A stretch of DNA of 63,797 nt, counting the filler, from Sphacelaria rigidula (Eukaryota): assembly GCA_964200075.2 (NCBI GenBank). It is 5 parts of 5 records of this genome, joined end to end, with 100 filler letters (N's around TTAATTAATTAA, not from the genome) between each part and the next. Parts side by side here need not be neighbours in the genome. Positions count along the whole stretch, not along the records: positions 51,119 to 63,797 come from CAXNAA020003513.1; 4 more parts are not named here. The stretch is one strand, 5' to 3'. Shown here piece by piece: positions 62,807-63,797 of the stretch; within the stretch, counting starts at the first letter, position 1, and each line of letters begins with the position of its first letter. Position numbers and translations under genes: made by a program. The notes below the pieces were generated by a model. It was not told the DNA's origin. It searched no databases and worked only from the letters and a program-made list of their open reading frames with translations.

Positions 62807-63797
62807 GTACGCATTGTGCCGATGTACCATCAATTTGTGAAGGGTGCTTACGATGGAGTACTACACTCGAGGTACTCGGGATTTCCAGGGTGGTTCCAGT
62901 AATCAGTATTCCAGGGTGCCAGGAGTATCGACACGCTCACATACCCGTGCTCGACCTTCCCCCTGTCCCCTGCATCTTTTCAACCTGTGCAGATTGCTTT
63001 TTTCATGTTTCGGCCGGGCTTGTCAGTTGTTGAGAACCTGCTGGACTCGAGTACGAGTATTCGCAGCAAGAATCTCACAAGACTTTGCACGGGAGCAAAA
63101 CCCTGTTACAAGTCCTCGTGCAGTAGTATCGTGGTCTTTTCCCATGTTACCAGCAGGTGCTTCTGAAGCGTACCCTGCGCTGCTCGAGTACTCGCGATCG
63201 ATCGTCGAGATTCTAGTTCGGTAACAGTGCTCACCAAACGACCTGCTATTTGAAAATATGAATTGGTGAGAAGACCTGTGACCGTCCGTGGTTAAACCTG
63301 GGCAGCAGGTGGTCGCTCCGCTGCTCCAATTGGCGGGGGCACATTCGGGGGCTCGGCAGGCGTCGATGGTGTCTAGGGTACGCGAGCTTGCACACGCGCA
63401 TACTTACCAGGCAAGTACTGCGTTTTATAGTGTCCACTTGGGCACATGCTCCGGGGCAGGGGTTTTGAAGCTGGGTAGGGTAAAATCCCGTACTTGGGAG
63501 AAGCCAGGGTATCGATTGCTGAGCGCACAGGGTGCTCCAGGGTACGGCGGGGTACTTGAATGTTCAAGATGATGAAGCTCGGACATGGTACCAGTTATAA
63601 CTGGCCATTATCATTATAATGGTGATGATGGTGATGGTTATATGAAAAATTCGGGTAATGGTTTCTAACCATTATTTACCGTTACCGGCTGCGTATGCTA
63701 CATACAGCCTTTGAAAATTGGCCCAAATTTAACCCTTTTGGGACCGGACCCCCACTAACACAGGGTTGACCATGTGTTGGTGGAATAATAAATAATA

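Overview
Eukaryotic, repeat-rich, intron-rich genomic DNA of roughly 50% GC. Short exons, kb-long introns and the repeat families present are consistent with a brown alga (inference, not proven). The window is five unrelated contigs of almost identical length (12680, 12680, 12679, 12679, 12679 bp) joined by 100-nt N linkers carrying TTAATTAATTAA, so nothing should be linked across the linkers. Contig 1 is a three-tier nest: a dispersed repeat, interrupted by a gag+protease-only Copia-like element (1415-11653, TSD CACTG), whose gag is interrupted by a decayed full-length Ty1/Copia element on the minus strand (2460-8730, TSD CACCC). Contig 2 has the first exon of an inositol polyphosphate 5-phosphatase head-to-head with an unknown membrane-anchored gene. 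It also has a decayed, intron-containing gene with XPG/PIN-like and Cys8 motifs that resembles an AcademX transposase, lying between long imperfect inverted repeats; this is the best novelty candidate. Contig 3 is mostly MITEs and non-autonomous DNA transposons. Contig 4 has a foldback element > LTR element > MITE nest, a DnaJ + C2H2 zinc finger gene and the 5' end of another gene. Contig 5 has six exons of a PP4 regulatory subunit 1 (HEAT repeat) gene, with mariner-like elements in its introns. No CRISPR, rRNA or functional tRNA was found. All family assignments are by eye and need profile searches.
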